From: a virus
Lineage: Duplodnaviria > Caudoviricetes
Length of the DNA stretch: 64,000 bases
Direction: 5' to 3' (one strand)
Virus record (IMG/VR): IMGVR_UViG_2706796753_000001
Coordinates: 64,001-128,000 of that record
The position numbers and the translations under genes were made by a program. Of the stretch, positions 1 through 8,812 are shown piece by piece. The notes beneath the pieces were generated by a model. It worked only from the letters and a program-made list of their open reading frames with translations, searched no databases and was not told where the DNA came from. Each line of letters begins with the position of its first letter. The first letter of the stretch is position 1.

Positions 1-638
1 TCCAAGCAGATATCCCAACCATCACCATTTCGGGTACAACGGGATACAATCCTACTGGACGAGCAGAAGACCGTGGTGTAGCTAAGATTAAAGAAATGAA
101 GAAGTTCATAGAGGATTATGCAGGGACAGGCGGTAACGGTAAGACAGGTAAAGCAGAGTTTTATTTCCATAACTTTACCAATGACGAGAGCTTCGTTGTT
201 CACTTAGCCCCAGAGGGTATATCGGTCAGTCAATCTGCGGATGCTCCATTACTTTACAAATACGAGATTAAGTTAATTATCATCCGTAAAGCTTCTGAAC
301 CTGCGGACGCTGATGTAATTAATCCAGAGATAGGTAATAGATTCCCTTCACTACCGAACGGAGGTAACTATAAACCATCTCCTACTTATCCGATTTTACC
401 AACACCTATGCCAAACAGACCAAATACAGGAATCCCTACGCCTATGCCAAATAGACCAAACTCTAATAACGGTAGTGGTAATGTAGGTGACGATGTGTAT
501 AACAAAGGTAACGGAGGCGGATACGTACCGAACAAAGATGGTACAGTCGTGAATCCTCAAGTACCTTCACAAATGACATATCAGTACGGGATGTCTAGTT
601 TAGGATTTAACATAGGATATTACGGAAGGTGGGCTTAA
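1..638 (+). CDS. Tail/baseplate structural protein, 5'-truncated by the window
   Basis: Frame of the 96..638 ORF is open back to base 3; Pro/Asn/Gly-rich C-terminal half; lies directly upstream of the baseplate genes as in herelleviruses. Confidence 0.7.
   Translation, partial: QADIPTITISGTTGYNPTGRAEDRGVAKIKEMKKFIEDYAGTGGNGKTGKAEFYFHNFTNDESFVVHLAPEGISVSQSADAPLLYKYEIKLIIIRKASEPADADVINPEIGNRFPSLPNGGNYKPSPTYPILPTPMPNRPNTGIPTPMPNRPNSNNGSGNVGDDVYNKGNGGGYVPNKDGTVVNPQVPSQMTYQYGMSSLGFNIGYYGRWA
399..461 (+). repeat. In-frame tandem repeat (36-nt period) encoding PTPMPNRPN twice
   Basis: ccaacacctatgccaaacagaccaaat at 399 and cctacgcctatgccaaatagaccaaac at 435. Confidence 0.85.
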
Positions 639-639
639 G

Positions 640-1176
640 ATGGCTAGAAGTGTAGCAGCAAAACCAAATGTACTTGTTCGATTCGTATCAGGTATTAGTC
701 CAATGCCAGATGGGACAATCCCTTTTAACCTATTGAACGATGCACCACTATTTCAATCCAGACTATATAAACCTGTATTTAGCCTATCGTCAGTAGCGAT
801 GATTGTTCTAGGTAAGATTAATCAAGGACTTGTAGAGACGGTTGACATAGATATAGACGACAACACGATTGTCAAGAAAGTAATGAATTCCGATTTAGCA
901 ACAACAAACCCTCGAATCTATACATTGATTGTTTCAACGATTCTAGAGTCATTTGCTATATTGTATACGATAGAGTCAGAAAGTTCTGACTTGCAATACT
1001 TGACAAAGAAAGATTTCAAAAGAATTCGAGAGAATATCAACTACATAGCAGACTTCTTAAGTACGAATCGTAAGTACCGAGGAATGATTGAAGAGTTTCG
1101 TATTTCAAATATCTCTTTAGGATATCTAGAGAATCAAGTCGAGTACATATTAACAGAAAGGGCGGAGACATTGTAA
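640..1176 (+). CDS. Conserved virion structural protein of the baseplate module
   Basis: 178-aa ORF coupled to both neighbours; syntenic position before the LysM/gp25-like gene. Confidence 0.65.
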   Translation: MARSVAAKPNVLVRFVSGISPMPDGTIPFNLLNDAPLFQSRLYKPVFSLSSVAMIVLGKINQGLVETVDIDIDDNTIVKKVMNSDLATTNPRIYTLIVSTILESFAILYTIESESSDLQYLTKKDFKRIRENINYIADFLSTNRKYRGMIEEFRISNISLGYLENQVEYILTERAETL

Positions 1177-1895
1177 TGGTTCAATTCTTAAGAAAGATTA
1201 TATCTTCGGGTGATACCTTACAGTCTATCGCCCAACACCATTTAGGGGATGTGTCGAGATGGAGAGAGTTAGCAACTTTAAATAACTTAAGATATCCGTA
1301 CATCGTAGAAACAAATCAAGAGAAACTTAAAAATCCTGACCACCTAGTAACAGTAGGTGACACCATCATGTACCAAGTAGAAGATGGAAATCGAGACCAG
1401 ATTGTAACAGCACTTAAAAATGGTGCGGTCTACGATAAAGAGGAAATCTACGCTATGGCTCTAGGTAAAGATTTATACGTACTACCAAAGCCAGATGAGA
1501 CTAAAGCCTCTGGATGGAATTCAGAGATACTAGGTCTTACTGCAAGTCCTAGAAAAGATTTACAGACAATCCAAGGTATCAATAACTTAAAGCAATCTCT
1601 GCTAATGCGATTACTCACACCACGCGGCAGCTACTTAAATCATCCAAACTACGGTTCATTCTTAGATGACTATCTAGGTCGTAAGAGTACCGAGGAGAAT
1701 ATCACTATTATCCTAGCAGAGATAGAAAGAACAATCCGAACAGACGGACGAGTTAAATCTGTTGAGCGTGTCAACTATTATTTAGATGGTAACACCTTAG
1801 TAGTATCTCTACAGATAACTGCTATCTCCATCGATGAGGCTTTTGACATGGTACTGTCTGCTAAAGAGAGCGGAGAAATTACACTACTAAACTAA
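1176..1895 (+). CDS. Baseplate wedge protein (N-terminal LysM-like + gp25/GPW-like domain)
   Basis: GDTLQSIAQHHLGDVSRWRELATLNNL (LysM-like); LLTPRGSYLNHPNYGS...DGRV (gp25-like). Confidence 0.85.
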   Translation: MVQFLRKIISSGDTLQSIAQHHLGDVSRWRELATLNNLRYPYIVETNQEKLKNPDHLVTVGDTIMYQVEDGNRDQIVTALKNGAVYDKEEIYAMALGKDLYVLPKPDETKASGWNSEILGLTASPRKDLQTIQGINNLKQSLLMRLLTPRGSYLNHPNYGSFLDDYLGRKSTEENITIILAEIERTIRTDGRVKSVERVNYYLDGNTLVVSLQITAISIDEAFDMVLSAKESGEITLLN

Positions 1896-1906
1896 GGAGG
1901 ATACAT

Positions 1907-2953
1907 ATGAAGTTTAAAAGTATGACAGACATATATGCAAGGTTGGTTGACAATACAATCACCAACACAAATAAAATCAGTGACTTCTCTGTAGGTAGTG
2001 CAATCCGTGCTATCTACGAAGCTATCTCGATGGAGGTCGAACAGTTCTACGTATTGACAGAGGAGAACCTTTCAGAAGCAATCCAATCAGGTGTCTATGA
2101 GTCTTTTGGATTTAAACGAAAGCAACCGCAAAGAGCTTACACAACAATGCGGATTACCTTCCACAACCCAGTACAAGTTAACATGCCTTTACCTCGTGGT
2201 ACAAGATTCACATCTAGCTATCCTGAGTATGCAAATGTTTATGAAGTCATTGAGGACTATTACATTCCAGCAGGAGCAGTTACCGCAGAATTCCAAGTGT
2301 ATTGTTTAATCGCTGGAGAGATTGGTAACGTACCAGCAAATGCGATTGATATCATGATGACACCTTTATCAAACGTAAAGGATGTAACAAATCCAAATGC
2401 AGTTCAAACAGGTCAAGACGAAGAGCCACTAGACGAATTAAAATCCCGTTTCCGCTCTTATATTGAATCCCTAAGTAAAGGTACTGTTCCAGCAATTGAA
2501 TACGGTACACGGTTAGTTCCTGAGGTCTCAGGAGTATACATACAAGAGATGATTGGTAAGATTATTGTTTATGCTCATGACAAGAACGGAGATTTACCAG
2601 ACAATGTAAAACTTGCTATCGAAGCATCACTAAAGAACTACAAAGCAGCAGGTATCGCATTAGAGGTAAAACCAGTAGCACGTAAAGCAGTTGATGTTGA
2701 AGTAACTGTTACAGTTTCTATAAAAACAGCTATTACAAAAGCACTAGAAGATAGAATCCGATTCTCTATCGAAAGCTATCTAAATAACATGCAGACGTCC
2801 CAGAATCTAATTCTTAGCGATTTGTCCTGTATAATTAAAGGAGTAGACAAGCAGTTAGTTTACGATATCCAATACAAAAAACCTACAGCTAACATCGTAG
2901 TGAAAGGTAATGAGATTATCAGAAGTGGAAACATAAAAGTTAATTTAGTTTAG
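1907..2953 (+). CDS. Baseplate J-like protein
   Basis: 348 aa; DFSVGSAIRAIYEA, GEIGNVPANAI, GQDEEPLDELKSR, YKAAGI motifs; AAGGAGG RBS. Confidence 0.9.
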   Translation: MKFKSMTDIYARLVDNTITNTNKISDFSVGSAIRAIYEAISMEVEQFYVLTEENLSEAIQSGVYESFGFKRKQPQRAYTTMRITFHNPVQVNMPLPRGTRFTSSYPEYANVYEVIEDYYIPAGAVTAEFQVYCLIAGEIGNVPANAIDIMMTPLSNVKDVTNPNAVQTGQDEEPLDELKSRFRSYIESLSKGTVPAIEYGTRLVPEVSGVYIQEMIGKIIVYAHDKNGDLPDNVKLAIEASLKNYKAAGIALEVKPVARKAVDVEVTVTVSIKTAITKALEDRIRFSIESYLNNMQTSQNLILSDLSCIIKGVDKQLVYDIQYKKPTANIVVKGNEIIRSGNIKVNLV

Positions 2954-2963
2954 GAGGGCTTAT

Positions 2964-4976
2964 ATGAGCTTTACAAAGTATTTACACCCTCTATGGCGAA
3001 CACTACTAACGAAGGACGGAGACACTCACAACGCCGTCCTAGCATCGTTAGAAGATGCATTTAAAACCGTTGAAGGTGACGCTATAGATAGTCGATTAGA
3101 AGCGAGCTTACCTACCGCTACTGGGGAGTGGTTAGATGAATTCGGAGATATCTTCGGAGTATTCCGTAAAGATGGTGAGAAAGATGATGACTATAGACGA
3201 CGAATTGTCAACTATATTTTAATAGAGCGCGGAACAACAGTATCGATAGAGGATGCAATTCAGAAATTCTTAGACGACCCAACAGCTAAGATTGAAATCT
3301 ATGAACCATACAAGAATGTATTCATCCTTAATAAATCAAAGTTGAACGGTGAAGACCATATATTAGGGCGATACTATACATCAGCAGTAATTGATGTACG
3401 CTTAATGAAGCACGTACCCTTAGAGCTGCTAGATGAGATTGAGAAGTACAAGCCAGCAGGTGTTAAGGCAATGGTCACACGTAATCCAAATAGGTTGAGG
3501 GATGATGCTGTTATTGCTAACAAGCGTATTATCAATCTCAGAAACTTATTAGTAAAGACTAGAAACTATTCTGGTAACGATGACCCGTGGAGTTATAACC
3601 CTACTACCGTAACAATCTTACCTAAAATACAGTCAGGCACAAAGGTTGCACAAACGACCGTTAACTGGGGAAGTATCAGGTATAACGTCCCTAGTATCAT
3701 AAACCGAGGAGCTGCTAAAGTAGGTGATACCGTAACGTACGCGCAAGATGTCCGAGTTACAAATAATTCCATTGTCAACGGAAACTTTTCTACAGGGCAG
3801 TTAGCTCCTTTTTCCGCTCCATCACCTCAGTTAGTTTCTGTATCACCTGATAGTACTTATGGGTATGCTGCTACAATGAGAGCGTCTGGTTTTACCTCTA
3901 ACAGGTATATTACCATCGAGCAGCCATTATCCGTGGGAGGTATTACTAAACTAGATTTAGGTAAGAAGTTTAGAGTAAGTTTTAAATACAGAATTAATAG
4001 CGATATAGCGCTAGATGCAGGATTGGCAGTTGAGTTTAAAGGTACGGATGCGAACAACGCTTCCGCTAACCCTTTCGCGAATTTAGAAGTTACTGATGTT
4101 TCTAAAATAGACCAGTGGGTGGAATTTAGTAAAGACGTGACCGTAACAACCGCAACCACAGATACAATATACAAAATCTGGATACGAAAGAATGGTAGTG
4201 TATCAATCACAGATGTAGAATTCACTAAACTGGATACTATAGTACCTATGCCAGTTAAGTTCTTCTGTGATGGTAGCTCTAAAGGCGGTACAGTTGTCGG
4301 TACTGCTACAGCAGATTGGCAACGATTCAGTATAACTATCCCGTTAGAACAGAGCATCATCTCGAACAACGGTAAACTGAGATACGAGGTAGACATACTT
4401 GGAGGAACAGGTAATGTGTTCCAGACAGCAGCACAAACATTAGTTGTCGGAACTACTCCATTAAACTACACAGCAGCACCAGAAGATTTCGGAGCTAAAA
4501 TAGAAGATTACAACATCCAAGAGAAAATAGCAGCATTAGTATCTAGAAAGGACTCTACTTATCTGAAATTAATTGACAATGATATAATAGGTTATAAGAG
4601 GATAGATAAGATGATTCCTTTAATACCTGTCAAAGGTAATGAGTTGAAGAAGTACCCTAAACTTACATATGGCAATAAAGAGTACTTTATGATTCCTTTA
4701 GTAAAGCTAGTAGAAGAGAACGTATCTCTATTGTATATCCAAACAACCGTTAAAGGTGGTACGTTATCTAACAAGGGCTATTACCGAAGAGTTATTGAAG
4801 CGCAACCTACATCTAAAGTAGGGTATAACGATATTCTATTACCTGATGATGTGATAAAATCAGGCACTATCCTTAACGAAGAGGATTTACCTGATGACAG
4901 AGGACACAGAACACAACTTCGAGCAGATAACCTAAACATGGTCGAAGAGTTCGTAATTAAAATTTCTAATAAGTAG
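2964..4976 (+). CDS. Baseplate/tail protein with carbohydrate-binding modules and a fused C-terminal baseplate domain
   Basis: ATGEWLDEFGDIFGVFR...KPAGV N-terminal domain; RNLL...YTAAPED and NGNF galactose-binding-like modules. Confidence 0.8.
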   Translation: MSFTKYLHPLWRTLLTKDGDTHNAVLASLEDAFKTVEGDAIDSRLEASLPTATGEWLDEFGDIFGVFRKDGEKDDDYRRRIVNYILIERGTTVSIEDAIQKFLDDPTAKIEIYEPYKNVFILNKSKLNGEDHILGRYYTSAVIDVRLMKHVPLELLDEIEKYKPAGVKAMVTRNPNRLRDDAVIANKRIINLRNLLVKTRNYSGNDDPWSYNPTTVTILPKIQSGTKVAQTTVNWGSIRYNVPSIINRGAAKVGDTVTYAQDVRVTNNSIVNGNFSTGQLAPFSAPSPQLVSVSPDSTYGYAATMRASGFTSNRYITIEQPLSVGGITKLDLGKKFRVSFKYRINSDIALDAGLAVEFKGTDANNASANPFANLEVTDVSKIDQWVEFSKDVTVTTATTDTIYKIWIRKNGSVSITDVEFTKLDTIVPMPVKFFCDGSSKGGTVVGTATADWQRFSITIPLEQSIISNNGKLRYEVDILGGTGNVFQTAAQTLVVGTTPLNYTAAPEDFGAKIEDYNIQEKIAALVSRKDSTYLKLIDNDIIGYKRIDKMIPLIPVKGNELKKYPKLTYGNKEYFMIPLVKLVEENVSLLYIQTTVKGGTLSNKGYYRRVIEAQPTSKVGYNDILLPDDVIKSGTILNEEDLPDDRGHRTQLRADNLNMVEEFVIKISNK

Positions 4977-4987
4977 GAGTGAAGTAC

Positions 4988-7900
4988 ATGGAAAATGTTA
5001 ATTTAAATGAAGCACCATACTACGATAGATTTGCACCAAACAGCAACAGAGAAAGAGTCTTGTTCCATGCGGACAGGGCTCTACAACAATCTGAGTTGAA
5101 CGAGATGCAATCCATCTTTGACTTTAACGTTAAAAGAATGGGAGACAGTATCTTTAAAGACGGTGCTATTCAATCGGGTATGGCATTCAATTTTACATAC
5201 GTAGACCCAAAAGACAAAACAAAAGGCGTTACCGCTATCACCGTTGAGGATGGTTTCATCTATTTAGCTGGGAAGATTCGTTCATTCACAGCGCAAACCA
5301 TCCCATTCACAGGTAAAGGTAAAGAAATTATCGGCGTCGAGCTTTCACAGAAAGTAATCACATCAGCAGACGACCCTACATTACTTGACCCAACTCAAGA
5401 TGTAGCTAACTATCTATCAGAAGGTGCGGATAGACTAGAAGAACGAGTAGTGATTACTTACAATAAAGATGCAGCAACATCTATCTATGAATTTAATGAT
5501 GGCGATTTATTCATCGAGCCAGACCGACCAGAGTTCTCTCTAATCAACGATGTGTTAGCACTTCGCGATAAAGAGACACTAGGTTCATACCAAATCGAAG
5601 GATTCCAGATGTGGGTGGATAAAGGATTAGATGCAAATCACATTACAGTAGGTGTAGATAGCGGTGTCGCTTACGTAAATGGTTACCGTATTTCTAAACC
5701 ATCATCTACTAGAATACAAGTTCCAAAAGAAAAGACAACTAGTACTGTTAACCAAGAAGGTTACACATATGACTCTGCTAAACAACGAGTAGTATTAAGT
5801 AGCCAGTTCGTTAATAAAGTGAGCGTAGTTGTCGGTCGTACTGACAGTCCTTCTGAGGCTTCTGGTGGTGTCCGTATCAATAAAGGAGTTAAAGGCGGCA
5901 GAGATACAATCCCTGCACAGTACACAAACATCGACGACAACTCATTGAAAGTGTACGTAGGCTCAACAGTATACATAAAAAACACAGACTATCGTTTAGT
6001 AATGGATGGTGGTATTCAGTACATCCAGTGGGGTATTAACCTAAATGGTAAAGAGCCAGATACAGGTACTGCCTATAACTTAACATTCGAATACGATAGA
6101 GTCATGGTAGAGAATACAGACTACAAGGTTGTTCGTACAGATAACGAGAACGGTATCGGATGGCTTACAGAGGTATTATTCAACGTAGCTGGTGGTACAA
6201 GACCTAAAGCAAACGGTAGAATTTCTGTTACATATGACTACACACTATCTCGTGAAGATATCGTAACACTAGATATGAAAGGTAACTTCACATTAATCCA
6301 AGGTCAACCAGCTCGTGAAGGTGACGCTCGTATCCCAGATAACGTAGACCCATTAACATTCAAGATTGGTAATATCCATTTATTCCCTAACTCTGATGAG
6401 GCTATCGTTAAGAACACAGCCGTTATGCGACTACGTATGGAAGACTTGCAGGTTATGAAAGCTAGACTTGAAAACGTCGAGTACAACCAAGCTATCCTTA
6501 TGCTAGAGAAACAAGCAACAAAATCTCAAGACCCGTTAACGATGCGTGGCGTATTCGCAGATGCCTTCACTGACTTCTCTCGAATTGATAAAGCAGAGAC
6601 AACAGTTGCATTCTCATTTGATGATGCTCATATCACATTGTCAACGAATACACCAGACAACCAGAAGGTTCGTCCTAAGTTCATGGAGAACGAGTCAGTA
6701 GCGAAGTCATGGGGACGATTAGTAACAGCTCCGTTCACAGAGACAGCAGAGATTGTGCAACCATTAGCAACATCTCCTATGAACGTTAACCCGTACCAAG
6801 TATTCAACAAGCAAGGTTTACTTAAGCTAGAGCCCTCTGCTGATAACTGGATTGACGAACAGAGAATTACGTTGTACAATGAAGAGTTTGCAACTACGAA
6901 CATTAACCGTTGGTGGGCTCACCAAGGTGACGGTGATGCTGGTAAGTTAAATGACTACAACCAATGGTTAGTAGATAACACGAACTTATTAGGTGGAGCA
7001 CAATGGAACGAAGCATCATTAGGTTGGTTGAAAACAGATAAAGCAGAGGGTGTTATGTGGAGCTCCGCTCAGACAACTCGTAATGAGATGGTCGAGTACA
7101 TGAGACCTATTGACGTTAGCTTTAGCGTTTCTAACTTAAGCCCATTCGCAAATAACTTGACACTGACATTCGATGGAGTTCGAGTAGATGTAAAACCGAC
7201 TGGAAGTACAGTAGCAGGTTCTCAGACAGGTACAGTACGTGCAGATGCAAACGGTGTGGCAACAGGTACATTTAAAATCCCACCAAACATCCGAACAGGA
7301 ACACGAGAAGTTACAATCCGTGGCGGTACAGCAACAAACGTTACCGACCAAGCGACAACAACTTTCTCAGCTCAAGGTACTGCAAAGATTACAACGGACA
7401 CAATTACACGTACACACGTTACGTTCAACTTGTATGACCCGTTAGCACAATCTTTCGCATTCCCACAAGCACGTGTCGTATCATCTGTAGGTGTTTATTT
7501 CGCGTCTAAACCAGCTTCAACAGCAACATCAGAGAATATCATCATGCAGATTCGTGGACTATCTGATGGAGGTTTACCGAACCGTACGGTGTATGCAGAG
7601 CGTGTATTAACTCCTAAAGATATCAATGTATCTAGTGACGCAACATTAGAAACTAAAATTGCACTTGATGACCCGTTAATGGTTGAAGCAGGGCAAAGTT
7701 ACTGTGTGGTATTCATTACAGACAGTGCTAACTATACGATGTGGACTGCTACACTAGGGGAGGATACAGTAGGTGTAGAAAAGCAAACTGTAACATCTCA
7801 ACCTTACGTGAATGGTGTTTTATTCAGTTCTTCTAACGCAGTATCATGGACGGTTCACCAAACAACTGATATGAAGTTCAAAATCTATACTGCTACATTT

Positions 7901-8530
7901 GCAGAAGAAGGTATTATCGAATTTGACACAATGCGAAATATTGACTCGAACGGTATCCTATTAATGGCTTCGTACCTAACACCAGACAACACAGGTTGTA
8001 GTTGGGAAGTTAAAATCGTTCCACAGTCTAGTATGGGAACTGTATCCATCGATAACGTACCGTGGCTACCGCTATCAAACTACTCAAGTCAACAGACACC
8101 ATTCGTTGTTGGGTTAGCGAAGTTAAGAGCCAAGTTCAAATCGAATCGTTATATCTCGCCGATGTTAGCACTAGATGATTTACTATTCGTAAACTTCGTA
8201 AGTGCAACAGAAGGTAAGTACACAACAAGAACGATTGACCAGAAGGACGCACCTTTCAATACAATCATCATCGAGTATAGCGAAGCAGCTCCAGCAGGTA
8301 CAAGCGTAACACCTCAGTACTCATTAAATGGTGGTACGAACTGGGTAGACTTTAACTTAAAGAATAAGAAGACCGCACCAGACACAGCAGAGTTCACACG
8401 TATCTCTATTACTGAGACTGTCGGAAACAACCAGACATCAGTTAAGTATCGTTTACTGCTTAAAGGTGATAATCGATTCTTACGTCCACGTGTTAAGAAA
8501 CTGACAGCGTTAAATAGAACGAGCATTTAA
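4988..8530 (+). CDS. Large adsorption-associated tail/baseplate protein (DUF4815-like)
   Basis: NLNEAPYYDRF...RALQQSELNEMQS N-terminus; DPLAQSF; DMKFKIY; ATG at 4988 follows AGGAG RBS (ORF track starts at GTG 4979). Confidence 0.88.
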   Translation: MENVNLNEAPYYDRFAPNSNRERVLFHADRALQQSELNEMQSIFDFNVKRMGDSIFKDGAIQSGMAFNFTYVDPKDKTKGVTAITVEDGFIYLAGKIRSFTAQTIPFTGKGKEIIGVELSQKVITSADDPTLLDPTQDVANYLSEGADRLEERVVITYNKDAATSIYEFNDGDLFIEPDRPEFSLINDVLALRDKETLGSYQIEGFQMWVDKGLDANHITVGVDSGVAYVNGYRISKPSSTRIQVPKEKTTSTVNQEGYTYDSAKQRVVLSSQFVNKVSVVVGRTDSPSEASGGVRINKGVKGGRDTIPAQYTNIDDNSLKVYVGSTVYIKNTDYRLVMDGGIQYIQWGINLNGKEPDTGTAYNLTFEYDRVMVENTDYKVVRTDNENGIGWLTEVLFNVAGGTRPKANGRISVTYDYTLSREDIVTLDMKGNFTLIQGQPAREGDARIPDNVDPLTFKIGNIHLFPNSDEAIVKNTAVMRLRMEDLQVMKARLENVEYNQAILMLEKQATKSQDPLTMRGVFADAFTDFSRIDKAETTVAFSFDDAHITLSTNTPDNQKVRPKFMENESVAKSWGRLVTAPFTETAEIVQPLATSPMNVNPYQVFNKQGLLKLEPSADNWIDEQRITLYNEEFATTNINRWWAHQGDGDAGKLNDYNQWLVDNTNLLGGAQWNEASLGWLKTDKAEGVMWSSAQTTRNEMVEYMRPIDVSFSVSNLSPFANNLTLTFDGVRVDVKPTGSTVAGSQTGTVRADANGVATGTFKIPPNIRTGTREVTIRGGTATNVTDQATTTFSAQGTAKITTDTITRTHVTFNLYDPLAQSFAFPQARVVSSVGVYFASKPASTATSENIIMQIRGLSDGGLPNRTVYAERVLTPKDINVSSDATLETKIALDDPLMVEAGQSYCVVFITDSANYTMWTATLGEDTVGVEKQTVTSQPYVNGVLFSSSNAVSWTVHQTTDMKFKIYTATFAEEGIIEFDTMRNIDSNGILLMASYLTPDNTGCSWEVKIVPQSSMGTVSIDNVPWLPLSNYSSQQTPFVVGLAKLRAKFKSNRYISPMLALDDLLFVNFVSATEGKYTTRTIDQKDAPFNTIIIEYSEAAPAGTSVTPQYSLNGGTNWVDFNLKNKKTAPDTAEFTRISITETVGNNQTSVKYRLLLKGDNRFLRPRVKKLTALNRTSI

Positions 8531-8543
8531 CAGGAGGGATTAT

Positions 8544-8738
8544 ATGCCATTAGAACGAAGAGATAAGTCGGGAGCGTTAGTATTCGCTCCTACTGATTCT
8601 GAATTAAAACATTTAGCAACGTTAAGAAACATCCAAGATAAGTCAGAAGAGCTTGATACAAGGCTTGCAGAAGTAGATAAAATGAAAGAGGATTTAACAG
8701 CATTAATAGCGCAAATGAAAGAAAAGGTCACTACATAG
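8544..8738 (+). CDS. Small conserved coiled-coil protein at the end of the tail module
   Basis: MPLERRDKSGALVFAPT start typical of the small gene after the DUF4815 gene; GGAGG RBS. Confidence 0.75.
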   Translation: MPLERRDKSGALVFAPTDSELKHLATLRNIQDKSEELDTRLAEVDKMKEDLTALIAQMKEKVTT

Positions 8739-8751
8739 TGACCTCTTTTTT
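8725..8751 (+). terminator. Intrinsic terminator closing the structural operon
   Basis: aggtcact-acat-agtgacct followed by ctttttt. Confidence 0.8.
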
Positions 8752-8812
8752 ATGGATTATTCTGAACATTGTTATAATTAATATATAAGCAAAAATAAGA
8801 GGAGATGAATGA

